Assembly: GCA_977018835.1 (NCBI GenBank)
Contig: OZ361256.1
Coordinates: 372,001-436,000, forward strand
DNA: 64,000 nt
Direction of reading: 5' to 3'
Source of the DNA: Minutocellus sp. GHC0000111
Lineage: Eukaryota
Shown: positions 10,301-23,859 of the stretch, piece by piece
Position numbering within the stretch: the first letter of the stretch is position 1
How the letters are laid out: each line of letters begins with the position of its first letter
Notes under the pieces: model-generated
What the model saw: the letters and a program-made list of their open reading frames with translations, nothing else
Told to the model about the DNA's origin: nothing
The model's database searches: none
Made by a program: the position numbers and the translations under genes

Positions 10301-13300
10301 TCCGTCTAGCTCTTGATCGCCCTGTCAATTTCTCGGAGATTCAAAAGGCATCGACCAAGCATGTAAAGAGTGTTGCCAATATCGATATGGCCTTTGTCCA
10401 GACATTCTCGTTGAATTTTGAGAGCCTTGGAGAGGCACGACACTCCTTTGTTCTCCTTGGAATCTTCAAGATACACGCACCCCAGAGAGTGCCAACAATA
10501 CGCAACATCTGCGTGGTTTTGACCCAGGCTCTTTTCCATCATATGCAGAGCTTCAGTGTGGTAGAACTCGGCCTTCTCATAGTCCTTCATGTCAAAATAG
10601 CAACCTCCAAGATTGGTGAGAACCTGAGCACATGGGGCCGCATGGTCGCCGTGTCCCTCTTCTTTGCGAATCATGAGACATCTCTCGTAGGAATCGATTG
10701 CATCGGAAAATTGCTCCTGTTCATAGTATGCAATTCCTAGTGTAAAAAGGACATCGGCAATCTCCGAAGCAAATGATTCGTCACGGTTTCCGTATGCGAC
10801 GAGTGCATCGTGGAGGCGAATCAAGCTCAGCTCTCTTCGCCCCATATCTAGAAGGAGGCCGCCCAACGCAAAAAGAACCTCCCCATAATCAGAACAGTTC
10901 CTGCCCTTCGTTCGCAAGCGAATCTGCCGGGCGTGCTCGTATGCCTTCTTGGCTGCGTCGTATTCTTTCTGATCTTGATGAACTCGACCAAGGCGAAGGA
11001 ATGTCTCTGCCTCATCTTCTTGCTTGCCAACGCCCCTTGTCTTGCCCAGACGCGACTCTCGTTTGACTATAGCGTCCTTGAAGTATTCGATGGCCTTTTC
11101 TGCATTGCCGAGCTCGCTGTGGATGGTACCAAGGAATTGAGTCGTTTCCTCGAGGTCAACATGGTTGGAACTGAGTCTGTCGGTCCTAATCGCAAGGGCC
11201 TGCATGAAGCTAGCAAGCGATTTCTTATAATCCTTCTTCAAGGCGTAAACAATGCCGCGGCAGTGATGAACGTCGCCCATGGAAACGGACTTTGGGCTCG
11301 ACCTCTCAACATAGGCAGTCTGTGTGATTTCGAAGAACACCGTGGCATCGTCGAGGTTGCCGCTTCGTAGGAGGAGCTTGCCATAGAACAAAACAGTGTC
11401 GGCAAAGAAGAGTAGCTTATCGCCGGCGTTGGCCTTGCTTGCGGAGAGCAGCTTCTTGAGGTCGGAAACTTCTTCCTCTTGTTCGGGGCCATCGTCTTCA
11501 TCGCCATCCAGTGTTAGAGTCTTGGAATCTAGCGATGAGCCACTCTTTTTGTCTCGCCTTTCGACTTTCTTGGTGCTCATCTTGGCAAAATACTCTTCAC
11601 ACAAGCTCACGGCACGGTCATCCAATAACTGGACCTTGGCATCATCGCCTCGTGCTGCGTGGATCTGAACCATCTCAAACAGATCTCGAGCGATCATAAT
11701 TTGATTCTCATCCATGTCCTTCGGCACTTCTCGCCGGATGCATAAGGCTTGGTGAAGATGATGGAGAGCTTCTTCAGGATCCCCCTTGCCGCTATAGGCC
11801 GAGGCAAGATTATCGAAAATATCCGCCCGCATGAGAGCTGAAGCGGTATCTTTGAGGTCCAATGGAATAAGAGACAAGGCCTCGCGACTCCGGTCTATGC
11901 AATCATCGTAGTTGCCCACCACCCTGTGGCATTCGCTCATCTTGGCAAGCGTTGAGATCATACTTTCGGTCGTTTGGCCGTAGATGTCTAAACAAATCCT
12001 TCGTGACGTCTCGTAAAGCTCGAGGGCACGGTGATTGTCGGAGTTGATTTGATTCTGAGAGTGAAAGAAAAATGAGTGGGAGGATACATCCATGTAAGAG
12101 CATGAAAGACGATAGCCAATATAGGTTTGCAGTGCCTGGTGAAAAAACATTCACACATGAACATATTAATGACTCACAGCATACGCCAGGCTAAAGTACG
12201 TATCTGCAACAATCTCATTGTCCTCGCCCATGGCTTCCCGAGCCAGGTCAAGAGCATCTTCTAATCCAGCGATGGCCTCGGTCGTTTTGCCAAGGTCGAG
12301 AAGAAATTGCCCTTGTTGAAGTAACCCGTGGCAATGGTCGGATCTGTTCCTGCTTTTTGATGCCAAGTTTGATCCAATGCAGGGCCTTCTCGTGATTGCC
12401 CATTTGAACGTAGGCATCGCCAAGTCGAAAGCACATTTCACCCACTTCGGGGCCAATGGAACCCAAGGTTTTCATGGAAAGCTCAAAGAAGCTCTCGAAA
12501 GCTGCAGCAATGTCTTTCTGCTTGTCTAGAGAAAGGTTCTCGTCAGAAATTTCAGCAATTTGTTGTTCGAAGATTTCGACGGCCTCTTCGGTGACACCGA
12601 GGGCCTCCTCATCGAGCCCTTCTGCAACATACGATTGTCCCAATCGCTGAAGAGTTTGGCCGAACTCCCAGGAATCGGGTGGGAAGTATTCCGCCTCGAG
12701 AATTTCCTTGTATACGAGCATTGATGTGGAAAGCTCGTCCGCCTTGTTGTAGACATCGGCCTTGTCGAGCAATGCAACACCGGCCGTCTCCGGAGGAGTG
12801 TATTCATCGCCACTAGCCTTGAAAAATTTGATAGCGGCGTTGTAGCAACGAAGGGCCTCTTGGTTGTTCCCCAAAGCAAAATTCGACTTGCCCATCAGAT
12901 GATAAACGGATCCAATCTCGAACTCAACCATGGGATCATCGGCAATGCCGCCTCGCTCTTTGATGGTCAACGACTCCTTCAAGGCGACGATCGCACCCTC
13001 GTGTTCCCCCAATTTCACCTGAGCAGTGCCGATCTTCTCCAAAAGGGCTCCTACTTTGCCTTCATCATCGTCATCATCGGAAAGGAGACGTATCTCGAGA
13101 GCCTCTTGATATCGCTGCAGCGCTTCTTGGAACAATCCCTGGTCAAATAGACACCCTGCCATTAGAGACAAGCAGAGAGATGAATCCAAGTGGATCTTGC
13201 CAGAATTTTCATAAGTTTTGGCTTCCAAAGCGTCAGTAAAATATTGCAATGCCGACTCGAGGTCCTTGACACCTCGGAAGAGAGCCCCGACGGTAATGCT

Positions 13301-16300
13301 TAGCGAAGAAATCTCTTCGTCGTCAGCTCCATTGATCCTCTTAACTCGCAGCGCTTCGACCAGACAGCTGATTGCCTCCTCGAGCTCGCCCTGGCTCTTG
13401 TGGATCTCACCCAGACCCATCAGCACGTTCGCCGTTTCAATTGAATCTTTGCCAAGATGACGGACCCTGACCCGGAGCACATCCGAATAGTGTTCGAGAG
13501 CCTCGTCGAGGTCTCCCAGCTCATGCAACGCTCCCGCTAAGCAGTACCGCGTGTCAGCGGTATCATCTGAGTCGGGACCAAACGACGCAATCTTAACATC
13601 CAGGGCTCCCTCCAGGAATTGAACAGCGTCCTTCGGCTTGTTGCGCTTGGAATATATCACACCGGCGTTGTGAAGGGCAAAGCCAAACGTAATGTGGTCG
13701 TCGGCGTTGCGACTGAAGATCTCGATGGCCTCTTGATACACCTTCAAGGCGTTGCTAAAATCATCGCCTTCCTCTAGCGCAACGCCGAGGTTGTACAGGC
13801 AGATGGCAACTTCGACACTGTCAACCCCCAAGACAGACCTCAGAACTCGGAGGGCTATTAGCGAAGAAGATGATGGGTAAAAAATGGGAGGTGAAAAGTC
13901 GGGTTAGTGTGGGCCACAAATAAATAGAATAATGGTAGAATAAATGACCAAAAAGAAACAACCAGGCTGCAACAACATACCTTCCATGAAGCACCGTCGA
14001 GCCTTCAAGTAGTCGTTGTTGTCCAGGAAAATCTGTCCAACGTTGGCGAGACTTCTTGCCGTTTCAGGGTGGTCCACACCAAGGAGCAGCGTTTTGGATT
14101 CCAGCGACTCCGAAAAGAACTTCATCGCCTGCGCCATATCGCCGCGAGCATGAAAGACGGCTCCAATGTTGTTTTTGGTGTTGGCAACGCTGAGCTCATC
14201 TCCAAGCGTCTTGCGCAGATGAAGGCTTTGCCTGTAAAGGATCATGGCCTTGTCTAGATCGCCTTCAACCTTGGCCGTGTTTCCGAGAGCGTTCATCATA
14301 TCACTGACTTCGACGCGCTCGAGGTCCTCTGTTCGTTTGAAGAGGTCGAGAGCAGTCTTGAAACACTGAGTGGCGTTATCGCCATGACCAAGGGCCTGGA
14401 GGCATTTGCCCTTCTTGAATACAAGAGTTGCTACCGCACTTTCGTCCGCCTTGGACAAGCCATCCTCCTTTTGACGCATGATCCTCTCGGCGGAACTGAA
14501 CCAGTGCAATGCGTCGTCAAACTCTTCCTGGGACATGGATATATCGCCCAACGCCAGCATATTTTCTGCAAGCTGTGGGCTGTCCTTGCCGATAATTGCC
14601 TCACTTATCAATTGGCATTCTTCATGGCAATCAAATGCGTTCTCCATATCCTGAAGGCAGGAATAGACAGTACCCAAGTTGAAGAGCAAATCGGCCACTG
14701 CCAGAGAATTGTCTCCTTGCATCTCTCGTTGATGAGACACGACGGCCAAGTACAAATCTCTTGCCGCCTCGTGCTCACCAAATGCAGCCCGTAGATTGGC
14801 AATGCGATGGAAAATATCATTGAGTTCGTCCTCTTCCTCCTCCTCTGTCATCGTCCCAGGAGTCAAATGTTTCATCTGATCGTAACACTGCAATAACTTC
14901 CTATTCAGACTTTTCTGCGTCTCCGTCACGGGTTCTCTGTCGTCAGTCGAAACCAGGTCCCATGGCTGCAACGCTAATTCATCAAGCAAGGAAACGACAT
15001 TGCGATAGTGCGTCAGGGCTCCCTTCTTGTCGTCAATCTTGCTCAAGCCCTGAGCAAGCTCAAAGTGGAGCAGACCGACATTTAGATTCATCACCCGTTG
15101 ATCGCCCGATAGGGGGGCATTCGTCTTGGCCTTCTTTTCAATGATGCTCTTTTGGGATTCCAAGGCCTCCTCGAGCGCTGTCACGGCCTCGTCAAACTTC
15201 TCCTGGCGCAAAAGTGCCTGACCCAAGCGCCGGAGTGACAATACCAACGAAGGGCTGGCCTCTTTCTCGTTATTGCGGAATACTTTTGAACACCACTGGT
15301 AAAGCTCAATCGATTGTTCCGGACGGCCCTTCTTTTCGTAAACTGCTGCAACTTCCATTTTGATGGCTGCCTCTTCAATGATGATTGCATGCACCGCCTT
15401 GGAGGTTGACGGTGTCTCTTCATCATCGTCATTGTCGTCGCCATCTTCGCAATCGCGGGCGAGTGCAAGGCCCTTTTGAAGATGCTGGAGAGAAGAGTTG
15501 TAAGCTGTGAGTGCCTCGTCGAGCTCTTCGTTCTTGACATTGACGCGAGCGATATTACATAGAACATCCGCGAGCTTGAGCTGAAGATTGATCTGCATCG
15601 ACATGGGCCCATTGCCATTCTTTTGATCGACGGAAAGCATTTGCTCGATTACAACAAGATCGGCAAATGAACGCTGGAACGCTTCTCGAGCCGACGGCAT
15701 GTCTCTCTGAAGGAAATGACACTCGCCAATGGACGACTCACTGGTAGCAACCTTCCAACACAGATCGAAAGAATCGTCATCTTCTGACAAAGCATCTCTA
15801 CCGTGCTCCTGTATCCTCAGAGCCTCCGTAAAAGCGCCGAGTGCATGCGATAAGTCATCGCCCTCTTTGCGGGACAAGTGCGCCTTTCCAAGAAGCCCAA
15901 TCGTTTCTCCGAGGTCAATATGATTGGGGGAAAGCAAGTCTTTACGTGTATCAAACGCTGCCTTGAGAGCGTCCAAGGCGTCATCGATGTGCTCTGGTCC
16001 TTTCTTCAGATGGACAATTCCAAGAAGATGTAGAGTTGAGGCAACCTCGGCGTCGAGATCTCCGCGTCTCTTCTTTCGAAAGTTGAGAGACCGCTCCAAG
16101 TGATCGGTGGCGATGTCGAGGAGAGACTTGGTCCCCAGGCTAAGCACTGGGGTGGCACTGGCATCATCAGACGACTCGGAACTGGTGCCGGGTAGTTCCT
16201 TATCGTAGACCAAAAGATAGACCTCTGCCAAAGCCACGGAGGCATCGGCGATGGCATTGTCTGTCGTAGCAGAGCTAGTACCTCCACGGAACAACTTGAT

Positions 16301-19300
16301 TGCTTCATCAAAATATTTGATGGCATTATCCTTTGCATCATTATCGACCTTCCCGAGCTTATCAGACGACTGGACAAGCATGGTTTTGTAGGTGGATCCC
16401 ATCCGTCTCTTGATATTAGCGATTTGCAGGGGATGCTTGGGAGTCTCGTCTTCGTTAGTATCGGCAGCAGCCGCTTCTTCTGCCCTTTTGTAATGCTCGA
16501 TGGCCTCTTCGTAGTCAAGCGCCTTGAGATGCATGTTGGCCATTTCCAGCATAACATCAGAGCGATCTGGCGCAAGAGAGAGTAATCGCTCGCAACAGTA
16601 CTTGAGTTTCTCATCCATTGCAACACCGCTGAAAGAAGTACCGTCAAATTCTTCATCACGAAGAGAGTATACCGAATAGCCATGGGCGGAGAGACCACTG
16701 TACACCCTGAAGCCCATGTCGAATCTATCAATGGCAGCCGCATTATCTTTTTCTCGAATCTTGATCCGCGCAAGACGCTCCGACACATCGCCAAGCTCCA
16801 GATTAAGTAAGACGGACGAAGTACCGCCCCACGGCGTCAAGGATGAAGGTTCGGCAAAGAGATGGAGCCATCTGGCCTCCATGGCCTCAAAGGATGGCAT
16901 CTTGCTCTCCGCCGCTTTTACAGCATTGTAGTACTGTATTCCATTCTCGTAGCATTTTTGTGCATCCTTGGTCTTCTTGATCTCATCACAAGACTTCCCC
17001 ATGGCCCAGTACGAGGTTGCAAGGGCAATGTTGACCGCAATGGCGACCTTGGGATCAATAGACGAAGAAGGATAGTCGTCGGTGGTATCCTCGGATTTCT
17101 TTTCTTCCGACGTCTTGCTTTTATCGTCCGATGACTTCTCCTCATCACCACCTTCCTCGCCATCGCCGTCGCCCTCAATGGCATGGCTATCAGATCCAGA
17201 ACTTGACTCCTTGGTATCCTTTGGACGTATTTGATCGGCAGCTTCCTCCATTAGTTTCACACACTCTTGAAAGCTCCCTATCGCCTTGGTATGATCACCT
17301 TGCCCTGCAGCAACGAGGCCTATGCGATAGTGGATGCTTGCCCATTCCATTTTCTCCCCGATTTTATGGTCGAAAATATTATTTCCAGCGACGATGCCAT
17401 GTCCTTGGTTTCCCTCAGCCGTAGATGGATTTTGTTGGCCTCGGTTCTGTCGCTCGAGCACATCGAAAGCCGCCTTCAAACACTCTTGTGCATCGTCGAA
17501 GCGGCGCTTTCTGACATACGTGTTCCCAAGCAGAGTGAGAAGAGGGATGGGCGTGAAGTCATGGGGAAGATCACTTGAGTTGTCGGCAAGAAAAGCATCG
17601 TAGACTCGTCTGGCTTCTTCATAGTCGGTGATGGCTTCATCGTACGCCTTTTGACGGAAAGATAGACGACCCAATGCGATAAGGTCATGGAAAAGGGGAG
17701 CGAGCACGCTTGGCGCTTCTACTGCAAGGCCCCCGTTTGCGAGCCCGACAAGAAAATCTTTGCTTAGAGGCGTGTCCGGTGACGATGGGAAGGACGACGC
17801 AGCACCCTGGATGGCGGGATTACTGGCAGAATTAGCGGAACAATCGCCTCTGGCCATATTCAAGAGGGCTCGGCGGCGATTCGTAACTGCCTCCTGGAAG
17901 CATTCTCTGGCATTCTTCTCGGCAAGGGCTCGGTCCGAAACAAGCATGTCCGTTCCAGAACTGGTGAATGGAGACTCATATTCGATCTTGGCACCAGTCT
18001 GAGCAAGAAGGGTAACCTCGCTATGCCCATGCCACCTCGCCGCAAGCTCGGCTGACTTTTGAATCAACATATTCCCCATGGTCGAATGTAGATCGGTTCG
18101 CAAGGCAGTGGCCTCACAGGCGCACGATTCCTTATCGCAATGGCACTCGGCTAGTGCATCTTGGAAGCACCTCTCGGCATCATTCCAACGCTTCAACTCA
18201 GTCAAGACTTTGCCCAAACACCGGAGGGAGTTGGCTAAATCGTCGTCGACGCATTGCTCGGGAGACGCAACGCCGCTTTCAGCAGCCGCCGCAGCCAGCT
18301 TTGCCTTGTTCTTCTTCGTGATGCGAACGCATTCGTTGTAACATCTCAGGGCCTCCCTCCAATTCTGCATCTCCACATGGATGGTACCGAGATTGTGGAG
18401 TGTATTGCAAACTACGATGTGATGCTTGCCAACATGCTTGGTGTACAGCGACAGACTCTCCTTGTAAGCCATCAGAGCGCGATCAAAGTCTTTCTGCTTC
18501 ACATCGTGACAATAACCCAGGCAGGTGAGCGAATCAGCGAGATAGAGCTCGACTGAAACCATGGTATCGCGGAAGAAGAAGATCTGTCGATCTCGATCCT
18601 GCTCCCAGAGTTTTCGGGCCTTGGACTTCCCCGACGGAGAGCTATCGACGCGTGACCCTCCGTCCTGGGCGAACCTACTCTTCCTCGCTGAGGACTCGCC
18701 TGCCTTGAGCATTTCCAATGCCGAGCGGTATGCCTTTAGCGAATTGATGTAGTTGCTTACTTCGATGGATGCCGCATCGGGGTGAGAAATTTCGTCTTGA
18801 TCCATGACGGCAGCTTCGATGTACTCCTGCTGACTTCGACCAAGCCTTACTCCAAGATGGTGGAGTGAACGGCCAACCTCGAGACAGAAAGACATGACCA
18901 TAGCATTGTATGGGCGGCGTTGATTCCTCTTTGCCTCGCTCACCTCGTCCCTACGCCGCCGACTCACTTCATCCGCCCCCGTACCAACGATTGATGCAAC
19001 TCGCTCACCATCAACCCGATCCAAGAGAGCATCCATACCTGCAACAAGAGCACCCGATATAATCTTGTGAAAATGCTTGTCGATGGTCTTTGCGTCACCC
19101 TGTGAATCCGCCGATATCACTGCCGATTGCGACAGGACATTGTAGGACTCCCAGTCGGCAAGATGGAACATAGTAGCATAGTACGGACCGAGAACATTGA
19201 CTCTGGCCTGGAAGAAGCGGGGATCCGAAAGGACCTGGTGCTGCTTCCTGCCTCTCCCTTGTCCCTGGTCAGATTTTGCTGCTGCTCTTGATGCCGTAGA

Positions 19301-21667
19301 AGCAACCGTTGCTCGTCGCAGAAATAGAGGCAAATACCGGACGGCATAAGCTTCTGGCAGATTCACCTCAAGGTCCTTGGGGGCCAGCGATGACAGGTGC
19401 GAATCATACCGATTCACGGCATTCGTTCCCCCATCAACACTGCCGAGCTGCAAAATATTACGCTGAAGCACCGACTCAGCAAAGACCTCCTCCCAAACGG
19501 TGCCCCGATAGGAATTTCGGATGCCACTCCCCTCACCGGAGAGAAAATGCCGACCGATGCCACATCGAAGTCGGACCTCCTCTTCTTCGGCCATATTCTT
19601 CTTCTTGCTGCGATCGCCAGATGCCTCATCCTTATTCTTCTCACCATTCCCGCTACCACCACCATCACCATCGTCATCGGCCATGCGACCGTACAAAATC
19701 TTCTCAATGTCGGTCCGATTCTCACTGTCAAAGTCGATCGCCCCCTTCCGTCGACGTTGCCGTGTCGTGGCACGGCTGTACGCATCGTCATCGTCCATGA
19801 CGGTGCCATCACCCCCGGCACCGCCCCCCTGCATCCGTTGGCGTTCCAGTACCGCCGATGCCGCCTCCTCACCAGCACCAGGACCTGCGCCCCCCTCCCC
19901 TCGTTGCTGATCATTCCCCGTAACGACGGATCCCACCGAGTAACGTCGAAAGGCATTGAATTCGGGCGACAGCAGCGCTCGCAAAACCTTTTGCGTCATT
20001 CGTTTCCGTCGTCGTTCGGTATCTTCCGGCCTGGGCGGCGGCGGCGGCGGACCGGACGATTGCAAGTTGCGCTTCCGGCGCTGCACCATCACCGCCTCCA
20101 TTCGTTTTTGTATTACCGCTGATACGAGTCCCTCGACGACCGACAATGGCACGTACGGATTGACGGATATGTCCACGGGAAGGTCATTGATATCGAATGG
20201 GGGTATTGCTGTTGCTGCTGTTTCATCATTACCTCCATCACCAGCTCCAACTTGATCATCATCATCATCGTTCCGCCGCCGACGCTTGGACGTGCCACCA
20301 GCAGCCTTTCCCGGCCGACCATGGAACACCGTCACGTAGGCCCCCAAACAATCCACCAGAATCGATCGGAACGCTTGTACCTTGTGCTTGGTGCGCACGT
20401 CGTCGTCCCGGGTGGTGTACACCGTGGCCGAACCGGCAATGGTGGAGGCGGCGTCGGTGCTGCCCAGGGCCGCCGCTGGATCCACCGGAAGCGAAAGGGT
20501 CGGTGCACTGGATGTGGCATCGTCGTTGTCGCTGTTGTCCATTTCGTCGTCAAGATCGAACCACTCGTCGTCGGATTCGGAATGCACCGACCCGTCGCCA
20601 CCTCCATCATCAGCTCCATCTTTGCCTTGATCACCATCGTCACCAACATCATTGTCACCGTCGTCGTCATCCTCCGTCCCACTATTGCCATTGCCACCCC
20701 GACCGCCATACGACCAGTACGCCCGGGCGGCCGACCAGATCCGCTCCTCCCACTTGTCCTCCTCCTCGATGGCCTCGGCCGATTCGAACTGCGTCGGTTG
20801 CTGTGGCTGCTTCTTCGGCGGTTGTTTTTGTTGCTGCCGCCTTGCATCCCCGGCCTGTGCTCCATCTGGCTCCTCCTCCTCATCTTCTTGATCGTCGCCG
20901 AGGGATTGGTAGTACGGATCCTCACATCCGTCGTCATCGAACACGGTCGAAGCCATGGAGGCATCGTCGTCGTCATCGGCAGCACCGCCACCGACCGCCT
21001 GCTTCGTTGCGCCGTCGGCCCTGTCACCTGCCTTGTCTGCATCTGATCCTCCCCCTACTCCTGCACCACCTTCCCTCTCCTCCCTCTCCTTGGCAGCGGC
21101 CAATCCCGGCACCAGCTCCATCAACACCGACGCCATGTCGGCCGCCGCGACGCTGGCGCTGTGGACGCTGCCGTCCATGCCGCTGTGCACACTGACAGCA
21201 CCGCTGTGGGCGCTATGGACGCTGGCAGCACCACTATGAGCGCTATGTACGCTGGCGGCACCGCTGGCGCTGGCATGGCTGGCGTGAGCCTGCGAGGGGG
21301 CGGAGGTGCCCGCGAGAGCGGAGACGTGGCTGCGATTGTCGGACGGGGCAGCTCCTGCAGAAGAGGATTGGCGGAGATATCCATCGAGATCGTTGGGGTT
21401 GCGCTGATTGGCATTGTTGTTGGTGGAGTTATTGGTGGTGGAGGGAGGTTGGTCGGCTACCGCGGCCGCCAGTGCCTGGTCTGCCTCGTTTTCATTGTTA
21501 TCGTCAGCGTCGTTATCGTCATCACCATGGTGGGATTGCGCTCTGTCGTTATTGTCGTGAGTGGGGAGCCACCCCCCGTTGCGCAGTTCTTGGATCCACC
21601 ACGCACCCTCGGGTATTGACCGCGCCGACGGGTTGGTATCGTCGTCGTCGTCGTCGGCTGCCGTCAT
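7367..21667 (-). CDS. Giant TPR-repeat protein (~4,600 aa; kinesin-light-chain/NPHP3-type TPRs), 5 exons
   Basis: Inferred exons 21667-13981, 13854-12178, 12054-9515, 9375-8591 and 8466-7367, all with GT..AG introns that restore the frame. Dozens of 'HPDVAxxLxNLGxxY...A..Y..AL.I' type repeats follow a long acidic, low-complexity N-terminus. Lesions: frameshift(s) at ~12310-12360 and an in-frame TAG at 10306-10308. The start could instead be ATG 21856. Confidence 0.85.
21150..21270 (-). repeat. Coding tandem repeat (SVHS/AHSG units) in the TPR protein N-terminus
   Basis: Translation GAASVHSAHSGAASVHSAHSGAVSVHSGMDGSVHSASV. Confidence 0.7.
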
Positions 21668-22516
21668 GGTGGGAGAGCGGCGGACGGCGAACGGTGGTGG
21701 GGGGTGGGTATCTTTCGAGAAAAATGAGGGCTGGTCATCATGGCGAAGCAAGAGCAGAGGGTCATTTGAGGTAGTAGCCGTACAGCCGTACGTACGTAAT
21801 TGGGGACCGATGACCCTGAAAATGGAAAGCAGTTTGCTTGAAGCAGACTCATCCATCCTCCTTTGAGCTCCCAGGTTTCCACCTGTCGGAGCAGTTTCGA
21901 AGAATCAATGAAGAACACTTGTCATTCGGGCACAGACAGCTCCTACAAGTGTGGATTCGAACACGACGGGAGATTTATGGTCACAGCAGGAGGCTCTCTT
22001 GGACCAGGTGAAGCAGTGCAATGAATGATCTCGATCCAGAGGCGAGATTCAATCAATGTCAATCAATGTGAAAGAGCTTTGGGCGACGACGATGCGGCAA
22101 CGTCCACGACGGGGACACGGCAGTGCCTCAGTGCTGTTCGCGTCCCCGACATGAGCCCTTTATGGGTGTCGAGGGGAGCATGGATGGAGGGTATGATTTC
22201 TTTGGAAGGGCGGGCTTAGCAACTGTCAACAATTCAGAACGGGAAACAGACGGAGCCATTGATGGGGATGGAGTCATTGAGCAATTGGCTGCTGCTTCAA
22301 AATTTCACTCATTAGCACTCGAAACAAAACATTCCAACAGTGCAAATGCCTAAAACTGAGCTGGAACCAAGCAAGAACGCAAGCACGAAGATGGCCGCCC
22401 GCCCATGGGTATCGAGGCCAGAGCGGCATTTGACGATACAAGCACGTACAACAACTCGGAGCCACGAATAGACGCAGCAAATAATCCCCTCATACTCGCA
22501 CACATAAATAATAACC

Positions 22517-23269
22517 ATGGCAACGGTGGGATCAAACGGACCCGCCTGGGCCAACGCCTCCTCGCATTCCAGCACATCCCGGAGCGTCCAAGAGGAACTC
22601 AACGCCAACGATGCGGAGAACGACCCCAACGCCTTCCTTGCCAAACCGTACAGCACCCTCGACGAGCCCATCAGCGAAACCATCATGCGCGACGTTCGAG
22701 CCGTTGCCGTGAAATTACGGGTGGTCCTACTGCCCCTCGACCGCAACACACACTTTGGTTACTCCGGCCTATCGGTCACCGATACCACCGACGACGTTAC
22801 CGCGGGAGAGAACCAAAAGCAGGTCATTGACAAGCTCAAGGAATGGGATCTGTGGGGACCGCTATTTGTTTGCCTCGCGCTTAGCGTCATTCTGAGCTTT
22901 AGGGCTCCGGCCCACCAGGCCAGTGCGGTATTCGGTGCGGTGTTCGTGGCGGTATGGGTCGGGTCGGCGGTGGTGACGGTAAACGCACAGCTGCTGGGGT
23001 CCAACCTATCCTTCTTCCAGTCCGTATGCGTGTTGGGATACTGCGTCTTCCCACTCATGTTGGCGGCATTGTTAATATCGACGCTGCACTTGACCCCGTT
23101 GGGTGTGGTCTGGGTCGATATCATTTGGATCACCGTCGCATTTATCTGGGCATGTCGGGCCAGCGCCGTCTTCATCGGGCAGATCATACCAAAGGAGCGA
23201 CGATTCTTGGCCATCTATCCCGTATTCTTCTTCTATACATTTTTGGGGTGGTTGATTCTGTTGTTCTAG
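22517..23269 (+). CDS. YIPF6: YIP1-family Golgi membrane protein (YIPF6/Yip4-like)
   Basis: STLDEPISETIMRD, WDLWGPL, VTVNAQLLGSNLSFFQSVCVLGYC and LAIYPVFFFY; five TM helices. Confidence 0.9.
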   Translation: MATVGSNGPAWANASSHSSTSRSVQEELNANDAENDPNAFLAKPYSTLDEPISETIMRDVRAVAVKLRVVLLPLDRNTHFGYSGLSVTDTTDDVTAGENQKQVIDKLKEWDLWGPLFVCLALSVILSFRAPAHQASAVFGAVFVAVWVGSAVVTVNAQLLGSNLSFFQSVCVLGYCVFPLMLAALLISTLHLTPLGVVWVDIIWITVAFIWACRASAVFIGQIIPKERRFLAIYPVFFFYTFLGWLILLF

Positions 23270-23859
23270 ATGTTTGGGCACCAAGAATAATGATACTGTG
23301 GGACTCGAATGAATAGAGCGGAACGGGTGGTCCGCTGTCTTGGACTGATTCATCCATCCGGATTGAATGTCGAATGTTTCAAGGGCAATCTCAGTGGCCT
23401 CCCCCGCGGTTATCCTTTACTAGATAGGAATTCCTAGATTTGTGTATTTGCTCAAAAGTTGTAGGAGACGGGTCTACATGTCATGTTACCTACCGGTACT
23501 CTCTCCTTACTCAACAAATCTACAAACAACTTCAGATAACCCGCGGTTGGCCTTCCACTCCTCGAAAAGTCGCCCTAACTGGCGAAGATAAACAAGACGA
23601 CGGTGCGGTGGTCATCAACGCAACGTCGAGGGCTCAAATGACGCGAATTATCGGCAGCGCTATGCCTTCTCTAATGGGAAGAGCTGGGCGATATCGTCCA
23701 ATGATGAGAATGAAACAAATTATTGCTTTATTCGGATTCCGTGGCTTGTGGGTCTCCTCCTCCGGGTCCCCCAGCTGAATTCTTCCCCGCCACAAAACCA
23801 ACGCAACGATGAGCATGCCCCCTGGTCCACCCCATCAACCGTCCTCGGCGGCGCGGAAC

